Shown here piece after piece: positions 16,238 through 24,656 of a DNA stretch of 32,000 nucleotides. Both the position numbers and the translations under genes were made by a program. The stretch spans positions 18,604 through 50,603 of the forward strand of contig JAHEXI010000017.1 in NCBI GenBank assembly GCA_023252195.1, read 5' to 3'. How positions within the stretch are numbered: the stretch's first letter is position 1; every line of letters starts with the position of its first letter. The notes below the pieces were generated by a model. The model had not been told where the DNA came from and ran no database searches. It saw only the letters and a list, made by a program, of their open reading frames with translations. This DNA comes from Pseudonocardiales bacterium (lineage in GTDB: Bacteria > Actinomycetota > Actinomycetes > Mycobacteriales > Pseudonocardiaceae).

Positions 16238-17099
16238 GTGGCCGTACTGAACCCGCGGCGGGCGCGCCTCGCAGCAACCCTGAAGCGGCTGCGGCAGGCA
16301 GCGATGCCCTCCGGTTCCGAGATGGCCCGCCGGACGGGATGGGTGCAGCCGAAAGTTTCGCGGTTGGAGACCGGGTCGCAACTGCCTACCGAGGACGATC
16401 TACGAACCTGGGCTCAGCACACCGGCGCGTCGACTGAGCAGACCGAGGCGCTGCTGGAGATGCTGTACGCCGCAAGTGTGGAGTACACCGATTACACGCA
16501 CACCGCGGACCTACTCGCCGGGGGTTCACTGGCCCGTCGGCAAGCGCGTATCGAGGCGACCGAGGCCGCTGCTACTCGTATCGGCGAGTATCAGCCAGCG
16601 TTCCTCCCGGGCTTGGTGCAAACACCCCGCCTATACCCGGGCGCTGCTTGAGTTGCCTGGTAGTGCCCGGTCTAAGGGCGCATCGGACACCGAGCTGGAG
16701 AGGATCGTCGCCGCGCGGGGCAAGCGTCAGGCCCTTCTTTTCGAGCCGGGGCGGCGTTGGCAGTTCGTCATCGGTGAGACCGCGCTGTGGTCCTGCCCTG
16801 GCACTACGAGGGTTCAGTTCGAGCAGCTGGACCATCTGGTCACCGTTAGCGAGGTGCCCGGTGTTGAGATTGCGGTGATCCCGCTGCGGGCTCCGATGCC
16901 AGTGCTGCCGCTGTCGGGTTTTCGGTTGCTCGACGATGAGTTCGTCTTCGTGGAGTCGTTGGCCGGGGAGCAGCGACTGGATGATCCCGAGGAGATCGCC
17001 CCGATCATCCGCGCCTTCGAGGTGCTCCGTGACGCCGGCGTAACCGGGGATCAGGTAGTGGCGCTGATCCAGCGGGTCGCGGCCGAGCTGAGACGGTGA
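16238..17099 (+). pseudogene. XRE-family HTH regulator with DUF5753 C-terminal domain (WhiJ / Scr1-antitoxin-like), frameshifted
   Basis: Frame 1: ...NPRRARLAATLKRLRQAAMPSGSEMARRTGWVQPKVSRLETGSQLPTEDDLRTWAQHTGAS...EYQPAFLPGLVQTP. Frame 2 continues AYTRALLELPGS...VIPL...LSGFRLLDDEFVFVESLAGEQRLDDPEEI...VAAELRR*. The switch coincides with a CCCC run at 16625-16628, where one extra C relative to an uninterrupted PGLVQTPAYTR reading explains it. Confidence 0.8.
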
Positions 17100-17161
17100 G
17101 GCTGCCTGGGATCTTCGGCCAAGGCACCCTCCTGCGCCGCCCCACGCCCCTATCGGTCCGC

Positions 17162-17503
17162 TCACAGCAGCGGTAGATCACCGGTGATGGCGTCGATCCG
17201 GCGGTCTTCCGCCGGGCCGATCGCGGCGCAGGTTAGGGTGCCCGGCGGTAGTTGGGTTCGTCCTGCGTCCTCTACCAGCGAGATCGGAAGCCCCGCCTGT
17301 TTCCCGGCTTCGGCCAGCCGGCGAAGCTCGTTTGCGTCGCCGACCTTGAGTACGACTTTGGGTTGTCCCTGTTCAAGCCAGGTCGCGAAGTCTGCTGTGC
17401 CGAGTCCGCTTAAGGCGGCGAGGACGGCGGCGTGCGCGACCTGGGCGGCCATCTTGCCGCGGCTCATAGCGAGGTCCGTTCTGGCCAGCATTACCAGTTT
17501 CAC
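17162..17503 (-). CDS. PTH2-family (archaeal/eukaryotic-type) peptidyl-tRNA hydrolase homologue
   Basis: VKLVMLARTDLAMSRGKMAAQVAHAAVLAAL...PKVVLKVGDANELRRLAEAGKQAGLPISLVEDAGRTQLPPGTLTCAAIGPAEDRRIDAITGDLPLL* has the characteristic ...DAGrTqi.pGT.T..aiGP...id.iTg.L.Ll ending. It is ~113 aa, as expected for the family. Start is GTG 17503 or ATG 17491. Confidence 0.8.
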   Translation of the reverse strand: MKLVMLARTDLAMSRGKMAAQVAHAAVLAALSGLGTADFATWLEQGQPKVVLKVGDANELRRLAEAGKQAGLPISLVEDAGRTQLPPGTLTCAAIGPAEDRRIDAITGDLPLL

Positions 17504-17546
17504 CAGGTGATCATCCCGCTCGACGCCGCCCCTATACACCCGAGTA

Positions 17547-17576
17547 CAGGGAACTTCGGACCTCAGTGCAGGGAAC
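17547..17576. repeat. Direct repeat CAGGGAAC (x2, 22 bp apart) upstream of the PTH2 gene, next to an AATATATT palindrome
   Basis: CAGGGAAC at 17547-17554 and 17569-17576, and AATATATT at 17581-17588. All lie 44-85 nt upstream of the PTH2 start, read on the minus strand. Confidence 0.3.
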
Positions 17577-17614
17577 CTCAAATATATTGGCAGCTCGGGT
17601 GGACGAAGGACCCG

Positions 17615-17712
17615 TCACCGGGGCACGAGTTTGATCGTCGCGGCTCGGGCCTCGGGGCTGGTGATGGCGTCGAGGATGGCGCAGTGGAAAGCCGAGCTGG
17701 TCGGTGCGGGAC
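17615..17712 (-). pseudogene. Possible C-terminal remnant of a medium-chain (Zn) dehydrogenase
   Basis: The reverse-strand frame directly downstream of the AKR stop reads ...APTSSAFHCAILDAITSPEARAATIKLVPR*. This resembles the usual MDR C-terminal ending (f.l..i.eA......a.gKivL.p). It is short, so the support is weak. Confidence 0.3.
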
Positions 17713-17724
17713 AGCCCCGATCGG

Positions 17725-18698
<974 letters not shown>

Positions 18699-18702
<4 letters not shown>

Positions 18703-19109
18703 AGTCGTGCTCCTCTTCTCGAAACGTTCAGGGGCCGATGAGCAACGGCTTCGCCTTGGCCTGCGTCCACGCCCGGTGCGCCCCACTGGCCGCCGTGGCG
18801 GCAGGAGGTCTGCAGTCCTTCGGTGCAGAAGTCGCAGATGTTGTCGACCCACACGAATGGCGCGACCACGACGTCGCCGGGCTTCAGCGCGGACACCTCC
18901 GAGCCGACGTCCTCCACGACGCCGAGGAACTCGTGGCCCATGCGACTGCCCTCCTGCGAGGCGGGCATGGAGCCATACGGCCACAGATCGCTACCGCAGA
19001 TACACGACCGCAGCACTCGCACCACGGCATCGGTGGCCTCACGCAGCTTCGGGTCGGGGACATTCTCCACTCGCACATCACCGGCGCCGTACATCACAGT
19101 CGCTCGCAT
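18699..19109 (-). pseudogene. Zn-dependent alcohol dehydrogenase, N-terminal ~120 aa only (truncated)
   Basis: [45 protein letters not shown]...[15 protein letters not shown]...[39 protein letters not shown]. The frame then runs into the AKR ribosome-binding region and stops (..[14 protein letters not shown]). The Rossmann domain is absent. ATG 19109 is preceded by GAAAGGAAA. Confidence 0.8.
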
Positions 19110-19123
19110 GGCTTTCCTTTCAG

Positions 19124-19441
19124 TCAGGATCGGTCTTGGGCGGGCGCGGCGTGGTACTCCTCGTCGGTGACCAGCTCGCCCCACTCGGTCTCGGCGCCCT
19201 GGCCCTCGCGGGGGCCCTCCCACATAGCTAGGTGGGTCATGAAGTGGTCCGGGGCGGCGCCGTGCCAGTGCCACTCGCCCGGAGGCGTGTGGACGGTGTC
19301 GCCGGGACGGATCTGGATGACCTCGCCGCCCCGGGACTGGATGAGGCCGACGCCTTCGGTGACGTGCACGGTCTGCCCGTTGACGTGTGCGTGCCAGGCG
19401 TTGCGGGCGCCGGGCGCGAAGCGCACCACGTTCACGCGCAT
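19124..19441 (-). CDS. Cupin-domain protein; conserved N-terminal segment lies upstream in frame but without a start codon
   Basis: MRVNVVRFAPGARNAWHAHVNGQTVHVTEGVGLIQSRGGEVIQIRPGDTVHTPPGEWHWHGAAPDHFMTHLAMWE carries the cupin motifs G(x)5HxH...G(x)5PxG(x)2H. In-frame upstream sequence ...QPSVKAPAETFSGDAWYDVIAKGER looks like the normal N-terminus of this family. The only upstream ATG (19543) is in another frame, and a TGA (19540-19542) closes the cupin frame. Confidence 0.6.
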   Translation of the reverse strand: MRVNVVRFAPGARNAWHAHVNGQTVHVTEGVGLIQSRGGEVIQIRPGDTVHTPPGEWHWHGAAPDHFMTHLAMWEGPREGQGAETEWGELVTDEEYHAAPAQDRS

Positions 19442-19663
19442 CCGTTCGCCCTTGGCGATGACGTCGTACCAGGCGTCCCCGCTGAAGGTCTCGGCCGGCG
19501 CCTTAACCGATGGCTGCTTGGGCTGAAGCGATGTGCCTGGCGTCTCGCGTCATGACCCCGTACCCCGTGCACCGCCCAGGTAACCCCTGTCGGCGCTGAC
19601 GTGGGAGTTCCTGGTGATCCAGGTACTGGCAGAACCCCCACACGGTCCCGGGGCGGACGTAGC

Positions 19664-20005
19664 GTGGTGGTCGTGGACAACCGGAAGGACACACGCGACT
19701 TCCTGGTCTCCAGACGGGCCAGGATCACCCCGGAAAAGGCCAGGCTGCCCGCCTACGGCCGCAACCGACGCGTCCCCGGGCTACGCCGTGAAGAGGTCGC
19801 GCTGCCGGCCGGGGTCAGTGTCGACTACTACACCGGCCTGGAACGGGGAAACCTCAACGGGGTCTCCGAGAGCGTGCTGGAAGCCCTCGCCCGTGCGCTG
19901 CAGCTCGACGACGCCGAGCGCGCGCACCTGTTCGACCTCGCTCGAGCGGCGAACAGCCGCGATGTCTTGTCGGGTGATCTCGTGGGCGTGGCTCTCCGCG
20001 CATAG
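19664..20005 (+). pseudogene. MmyB-like XRE-family regulator, N-terminal HTH only (C-terminal ligand-binding domain missing)
   Basis: ...DNRKDTRDFLVSRRARITPEKARLPAYGRNRRVPGLRREEVALPAGVSVDYYTGLERGNLNGVSESVLEALARALQLDDAERAHLFDLARAAN is the canonical MmyB-family N-terminus. It is followed by 14 unrelated codons and a stop. Full-length members are ~280 aa. Confidence 0.75.
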
Positions 20006-20086
20006 ATCCGGGGAGCTTCGGGATGCTAGCGATAGGCGATGTTCCGTCGACGGAGCACCGGGCTGCGCACCACTCGGTGAGCGGTG

Positions 20087-20839
20087 CTAAACAGGAGGCT
20101 CGGGTTGTTCGGCGAGGTCGTTGTCGGAGCGGACGTCGGGCAGCCGCTGCATCCCGGCTGGTCGCACAGGTTCGCTCGGATGTAGTCCAGATTTTGCCCC
20201 GCCCGGCCGGGACAGAAGCGTTGTCCATCCGGACCTGTCCGCCGGTAGGAAGCTGCTAGCGATGGCGTGGTACATCAGCACCATTCCACCGATTTGCCCC
20301 AGGTGGTAGCCGGAGTCGGGGTCCAGTCCCGCCAGCGCCGCGGCGCCGGGCACGAGGCGCAGCATTGCGGCTGCGATGCTCACGCCGATGGCAACCAGCA
20401 TCGGGCGACCCATCGGGTGATGACGCAGCCACGCCCAGATCCACAGCCCGAGAACGCTGGCCATCGTGAGGCTCTCGCACCACATGATCGCCGTTATGCT
20501 GGCATGGCCGGTGGCGGCGAGGATCACATACGCCACTAGGCCCACCGAGCGCAGCAGCCAAAACACGCCGGCTCGACGCCGCCCCAGGACCTGCACCACG
20601 GACGCCGCCAGCAGGTAGGACACGACGACAACGACCATGATGCTCGTGACCGCCCAGCTCAGGGTGTTCACCCGGGCGATCCCGACGAGGACACCGTGGT
20701 AGACGGCTCCTGCAAGTGCAGTCCCCGCCGCCCACGCGAACGCCGTGCGCCAATGTCTCGACACCTCACCGCCGCGCGGCAACCGCCAGACCAGGTAAAG
20801 AGTCACCAGCCCCAGCGCGAGGTCGGTGAGCGAAGGCAT
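20087..20839 (-). CDS. Integral membrane protein, unknown function (about 6-7 predicted TM helices)
   Basis: MPSLTDLALGLVTLYLVWRL...AFAWAAGTALAGAVYHGVLVG...WAVTSIMVVVVVSYLLAASVV...VFWLLRSVGLVAYVILAATG...SLTMASVLGLWIWAWL...MLVAIGVSIAAAML...IGGMVLMYHAIA. I chose ATG 20839 because the track's upstream 45 codons are Arg/Cys-rich and not membrane-like. Confidence 0.65.
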   Translation of the reverse strand: MPSLTDLALGLVTLYLVWRLPRGGEVSRHWRTAFAWAAGTALAGAVYHGVLVGIARVNTLSWAVTSIMVVVVVSYLLAASVVQVLGRRRAGVFWLLRSVGLVAYVILAATGHASITAIMWCESLTMASVLGLWIWAWLRHHPMGRPMLVAIGVSIAAAMLRLVPGAAALAGLDPDSGYHLGQIGGMVLMYHAIASSFLPADRSGWTTLLSRPGGAKSGLHPSEPVRPAGMQRLPDVRSDNDLAEQPEPPV

Positions 20840-21035
20840 CGGCTGGACGAGCACGAACCTACGGTAGATCGCGCGGTACCGGATGCGGCAGCCCCGTGGG
20901 TCTACTGCTGAAAGCCCTCCCGAGCGACACCCTGGCGCGGAAACGCGACCTGGCCAACCGTCGTCGGACAGCACCTTTGCATAGCGGAGGGTTGAGGGAT
21001 TTGGTGGCCCACAACTGGCTGACTGGCATATCGCG

Positions 21036-21607
21036 TCAGGCTGCCGTCCATGAGGGGTCGCGCCCGCTGAGGCCGATGACGCGGTCGAGGAGTGGGGCGT
21101 CGGCAGGGACGTCGACGACCGGGCCGAAGAGGCCTTCGCGGCCGCCCCCCTCTGTGGACATCATGGATACAACTCCATGGATGTCTGCAGCGCACGGGGG
21201 TCGCACGCGAACGGCTGTTGGCTGGCGCGGGCGACGTCCCAGCCGTGGATAACCAGCTCATTGAGGGCGATCTTGCCTGCTATGGCGGCGGGCAGGTCGA
21301 TGCCGCCGGCTTGGGTCATCCCCTCCCATGCGTTGGGGTTGCGCCACGCGTCGGCGAGTGCGGCGAGTTGCTTGGGAATGCGGGTGCGCCAATCGTCACC
21401 CAGCCGGGAGGCGTCTCCGGAGGGGTCCTGTGACGTTGCCGATCCGACGTCCTTGGTGGCGGCGGCGGTGAAGGCCTGCGACAGCCCGCTGACATGGTCG
21501 ATGAGATCGCCGAGTGTGTACGCGGGGCACGGCGTAGGTTGTGTGAACTGGTCGGCGGTAAGTCTCTCCAGCAGGCTCGACATCTGAGCAGCCGCCGACG
21601 GCGACAA
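21036..21607 (-). pseudogene. TIGR03086-like / mycothiol-dependent maleylpyruvate isomerase N-terminal (DinB-like) metal-binding protein, frameshifted near the 3' end
   Basis: ...MSSLLERLTADQFTQPTPCPAYTLGDLIDHVSGL...NELVIHGWDVARA...DPRALQTSMELYP* stops at 21161-21163. The family's usual ending continues in another frame: (V)SMMSTEGGGREGLFGPVVDVPADAPLLDRVIGLSGRDPSWTAA* (stop 21036-21038). Confidence 0.7.
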
Positions 21608-21653
21608 CCGCCAATGAGTACGGGCCGGGCCCGCTTCCACGCTCGGAGTCGCG

Positions 21654-22209
21654 ATGTCCGACGGTGACGCGGAGGCAGATAAGCACACCGAGCAGCGGCC
21701 CATCTGGGCCACCGAAACCGTCCGGCTCGTCGAGCCGCAACCGGCGTGGGCCAGCCTCGCCGAACACTTCATCGGCGAGATCCAAGACCTGCTCGGCCAT
21801 GTGTTGAACAGCGAGGTACTCCACATCGGTTCCACCGCGATCCCCGGACTACCAGCCAAGCCGGTGATCGATCTCCAAGCACTCTCCCAAGACCCGGACA
21901 CCACCATTGCCAACGCCCACGGCGAGCTGACCGCCCGGTCCTGGTTCTTTGTTCCGCGCCGACTCGACCAGCGGCCATGGCGCTGGTTCATCGTCCGCGC
22001 CGCCGACACCGACTGGCCCACCTACACCTCATGCAACCCGGCCAACGCCGCTGGCACGAACAGCTCCTATTCCGAGACCGCCTGCGCACCGAGCCTCCCT
22101 GACCGACGAATACGCCGCCCTGAAGACCCGAGCCGCCGCTGAGCACCCCGACGACCGCGAGGTCTACACCCAAGCCAAGACGGAATTCATCCGCCGGGTC
22201 CTCAGCTGA
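21654..22209 (+). pseudogene. GrpB-family (UPF0157) protein with at least two frameshifts
   Basis: Frame a: ...VRLVEPQPAWASLAEHFIGEIQDLLGHVLNSEVLHIGSTAIPGLPAKPVIDLQ... Frame b: RLAHLHLMQPGQRRWHEQLLFRDRLRTEPP. Frame c: SLTDEYAALKTRAAAEHPDDREVYTQAKTEFIRRVLS*. Switches lie near 22000-22015 and 22094-22099. Confidence 0.75.
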
Positions 22210-22627
22210 CCGGGTACATCCCCGCTTCCTCGATCGGGGCGTCGCCGCAGGACCGAACGTTCCCAGGCTGGAAATACAGACCACTCGATCAACGAAGCCT
22301 GCCAGTACTACACCCCAAAGCGGCGGAGGTGCACGCGCTTGAGGTGCAGGCTGTCGATGAACGCCGCGGTCCGCGCGCTGGGCGATGGATCGCTCAGTCA
22401 GTCCGCGCCGTTACGGCAACGGAGACCAAGACTCCGAGGACAAGCGGAAAAACGTGGGGGCAGGCTACGAGCGAGGGCTTCTAGGTCGTGACGGCGTGCG
22501 AGCGCAGCTCGGAGCGATGCCCTCCGGTTCCAGCGGCGCGCGGAGGTGCCACTGACAGCAACTTTGCGTAGTTGCCGCAGGTGGCACCCTCTGCGCCGCG
22601 TTCGGGGAGACCCTAGAGGGAACGACG

Positions 22628-24346
22628 TCACCTGTCCGCGAGCTCGATGATCGGGTACTTGGGCTGCCACATGGCCTGGTGCACTTGCCGGACCGGGTCG
22701 TCCACGGGCACCTGCGCCAGCCCCTGCTCGACCGCGGCAACCGCGACCGCGACAGCTACGGCGGCGGAGACGGTGCGTAGGTCCTCGATCGGCGGCAGCA
22801 GCGGCGCTCCGGGAGCGGTAGCGTCCGACAGTCGGGCAACGGCGTCCGCGGCCGCGGCGATCATTGGTTGGTTGATCCGCCGGGCACGGGCCACCGTGAC
22901 GCCGAGGCCGAGTCCGGGGAAGACCAGGGCGTTGTTGGCCTGGGCGATGCGATGGGTGATCCCACCGCGGAGGACCGGCGGGAACGGGCTGCCGGTGGCG
23001 ACCAACGCCCGGCCGCCGGTCCACCGGATCAGATCCTCGGGCAGCGCTTCACATTTCGACGTCGGATTGGACAGCGGCATGATGATCGGCCGCTCGGTGT
23101 GCGCGGCCATCTCCCTGATGATGGTTTCGGTGAACACGCCGGCCTGCGCCGAGGTGCCGATGAGCATGGTGGGGCGTGCGGCTGACACGACGTCGGCGAG
23201 GGTGACCGTGGTGCCCGTATCGGTGGACCAGCCGGCCACCTCTGCCGCGCTCCGCGCGTAGGGCAGCTGGAAGTCGCGCAGGTTGGGTGTGTCGTCGACC
23301 AGCAGGCCCCGGCTGCCCAGGGCGTAGAAGCGCGCGGTGGCCTCGGCGCGGGACAGTCCGTCGCTGATCATGATATCGCGCATCATGTCGGCGATGCCCA
23401 GCCCGGCGGTGCCGGCGCCGTGGATGACCACCCGCTGGTCGCGTATCCGGGTCCCCGCCGCCCGGACGGCGGACAACGCCGCGGCCAGCACGACCGCGGC
23501 GGTGCCCTGCAGGTCGTCGTTGAAGGTGCACACCTGGTCGAGGTACTTGTTCAGAATGCGTCGCGCGTTGCCAGCGGCGAAGTCCTCCCAGTGCAGCAGC
23601 GCGTTCGGGAAGAGCCTGGTGGCGGCGGTGACGTAGGCGTCGACCAGATCGTCGTAGCGCTGGTCGCGGACTCGGGCGTGCCGCGCACCGAGGTAGGTCT
23701 CGTCATCGAGAAGCGCCACATTGTCGGTGCCCGTGTCCAGCACCACCGCCAGCACCCGGTGTGGGTGGATGCCTGCCGCGGCCGTGTAGACCGCGAGCTT
23801 GCCGATCGCGATCTCGATGCCGCCCACGCCCTGGTCGCCGATGCCCAGGATGCCCTCCGAGTCGGTAGCCACGATCAGGTCGACGTCCTCGGCGTCCATG
23901 CCACAGTTGCGCAAGGACGCCTCCACGTCCTCCGGCCGGTCGACGGAAAGGAACACCCCGTGCGGGCGACGGAACTCATAGCTGAACCGCTCGATCGCCA
24001 GCCCGACCGTCGGGGTGTAGACCACCGGCAGCATCTCCTCGATGTGCTCGCACAGCAACCGGTAGAACAGCACCTCGTTGCGGTCCCGCAGATTGGCCAG
24101 GTACACCCAGCGGCGCAGATCGTCGGCCTGCGCGCGGTACTGGCCGTAGACCCGCCGCACCTGGCCGTCCAACGTGCTCACAGCGGTGGGCAGCAGGCCG
24201 GTCAGGGCCAAGGCCTCGCGTTCTTCGAGGGTGAACGCCGTCCCACGGTTGATCGTCGGGCTGGTTAGCACGGCGTGGCCCCTCGCGTGGATGCGCGCTA
24301 CCACACCGTCAGCGGTTGAAAAGAGCTCGTATCGCGGCTGGTGCAT
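22628..24346 (-). CDS. mez: NAD(P)-dependent malic enzyme
   Basis: MHQPRYELF...TSPTINRGTAFTLEEREALALTGLLP...VVYTPTVG...ATDSEGILGIGDQGVGGIEIAIGKL...FNDDLQGTAAV...IHGAGTAGLGIA...PIIMPLSNPTS. ATG 24346 follows AAGGAGAGG. The 51-codon upstream extension in the track was rejected. Confidence 0.93.
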   Translation of the reverse strand: MHQPRYELFSTADGVVARIHARGHAVLTSPTINRGTAFTLEEREALALTGLLPTAVSTLDGQVRRVYGQYRAQADDLRRWVYLANLRDRNEVLFYRLLCEHIEEMLPVVYTPTVGLAIERFSYEFRRPHGVFLSVDRPEDVEASLRNCGMDAEDVDLIVATDSEGILGIGDQGVGGIEIAIGKLAVYTAAAGIHPHRVLAVVLDTGTDNVALLDDETYLGARHARVRDQRYDDLVDAYVTAATRLFPNALLHWEDFAAGNARRILNKYLDQVCTFNDDLQGTAAVVLAAALSAVRAAGTRIRDQRVVIHGAGTAGLGIADMMRDIMISDGLSRAEATARFYALGSRGLLVDDTPNLRDFQLPYARSAAEVAGWSTDTGTTVTLADVVSAARPTMLIGTSAQAGVFTETIIREMAAHTERPIIMPLSNPTSKCEALPEDLIRWTGGRALVATGSPFPPVLRGGITHRIAQANNALVFPGLGLGVTVARARRINQPMIAAAADAVARLSDATAPGAPLLPPIEDLRTVSAAVAVAVAVAAVEQGLAQVPVDDPVRQVHQAMWQPKYPIIELADR

Positions 24347-24360
24347 GCACCTCTCCTTGT

Positions 24361-24395
24361 CGTCCGCAACCAGCGCGAGCCCGCTGGTTCGGACG
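24361..24395 (-). promoter_or_regulatory. Strong stem-loop in the mez 5' leader, directly abutting the Shine-Dalgarno
   Basis: Plus-strand CGTCCG(C)AACCAGCG-CGAGCC-CGCTGGTTCGGACG forms a 14-bp stem with one bulged C and a 6-nt loop. On the mez mRNA it ends 14 nt before the ATG, immediately 5' of AAGGAGAGG. Confidence 0.35.
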
Positions 24396-24483
24396 CCGCC
24401 CGTAAGTGTGGCCGACGCCGCGCGGGTCGGCGAGCCTGGCAACCACCGAAGTTGCGCCCTACTCCTTCTAAAACACATCATAG

Positions 24484-24512
24484 TTGACCAAATAGCCATA
24501 GCGTTCTATCGT
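24484..24512 (+). promoter_or_regulatory. Sigma-A-like promoter candidate (TTGACC - 17 nt - TATCGT) reading toward the small ORF and gdh, with an ATAG-N4-CTAT inverted repeat over the spacer/-10
   Basis: TTGACC at 24484-24489 and TATCGT at 24507-24512, with ATAGCGTTCTAT at 24498-24509. This is the AT-richest patch of the mez/gdh divergent region. Confidence 0.35.
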
Positions 24513-24656
24513 TAGTGCATCAAGTCATTAGAAGGGCCCCGACGGCCAGGAGGGCAGAGATGGGTCAGCGCACTCACAGAGGCGCCAGTCCAACATCACG
24601 AGTCCGCGGACGCGCCGGATCGGTTCAAGGCCCAGGAAAGAAGAGGAGAGAACGAT

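Noticed and set aside
15150-17099. PIMT-like methyltransferase + XRE as part of an FxLD/lanthipeptide-type RiPP cluster
   Set aside because: There is no precursor peptide, lanthionine synthetase, protease or exporter nearby, and the methyltransferase itself is multiply disrupted.
24361-24395. The mez leader hairpin as a target of the ANTAR regulator encoded at 2555-3271
   Set aside because: ANTAR targets are two tandem hairpins with hexaloops carrying conserved A (position 1) and G (position 4). Here there is a single long stem with loop GGCUCG on the mRNA.
24498-24509. ATAG-N4-CTAT as an AmtR- or GlnR-type nitrogen-regulator box controlling gdh
   Set aside because: The half-site orientation and spacing do not match the consensus forms I remember (AmtR CTAT-N6-ATAG; GlnR gTnAc-N6-GaAAc). 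It is kept only as a generic candidate operator.
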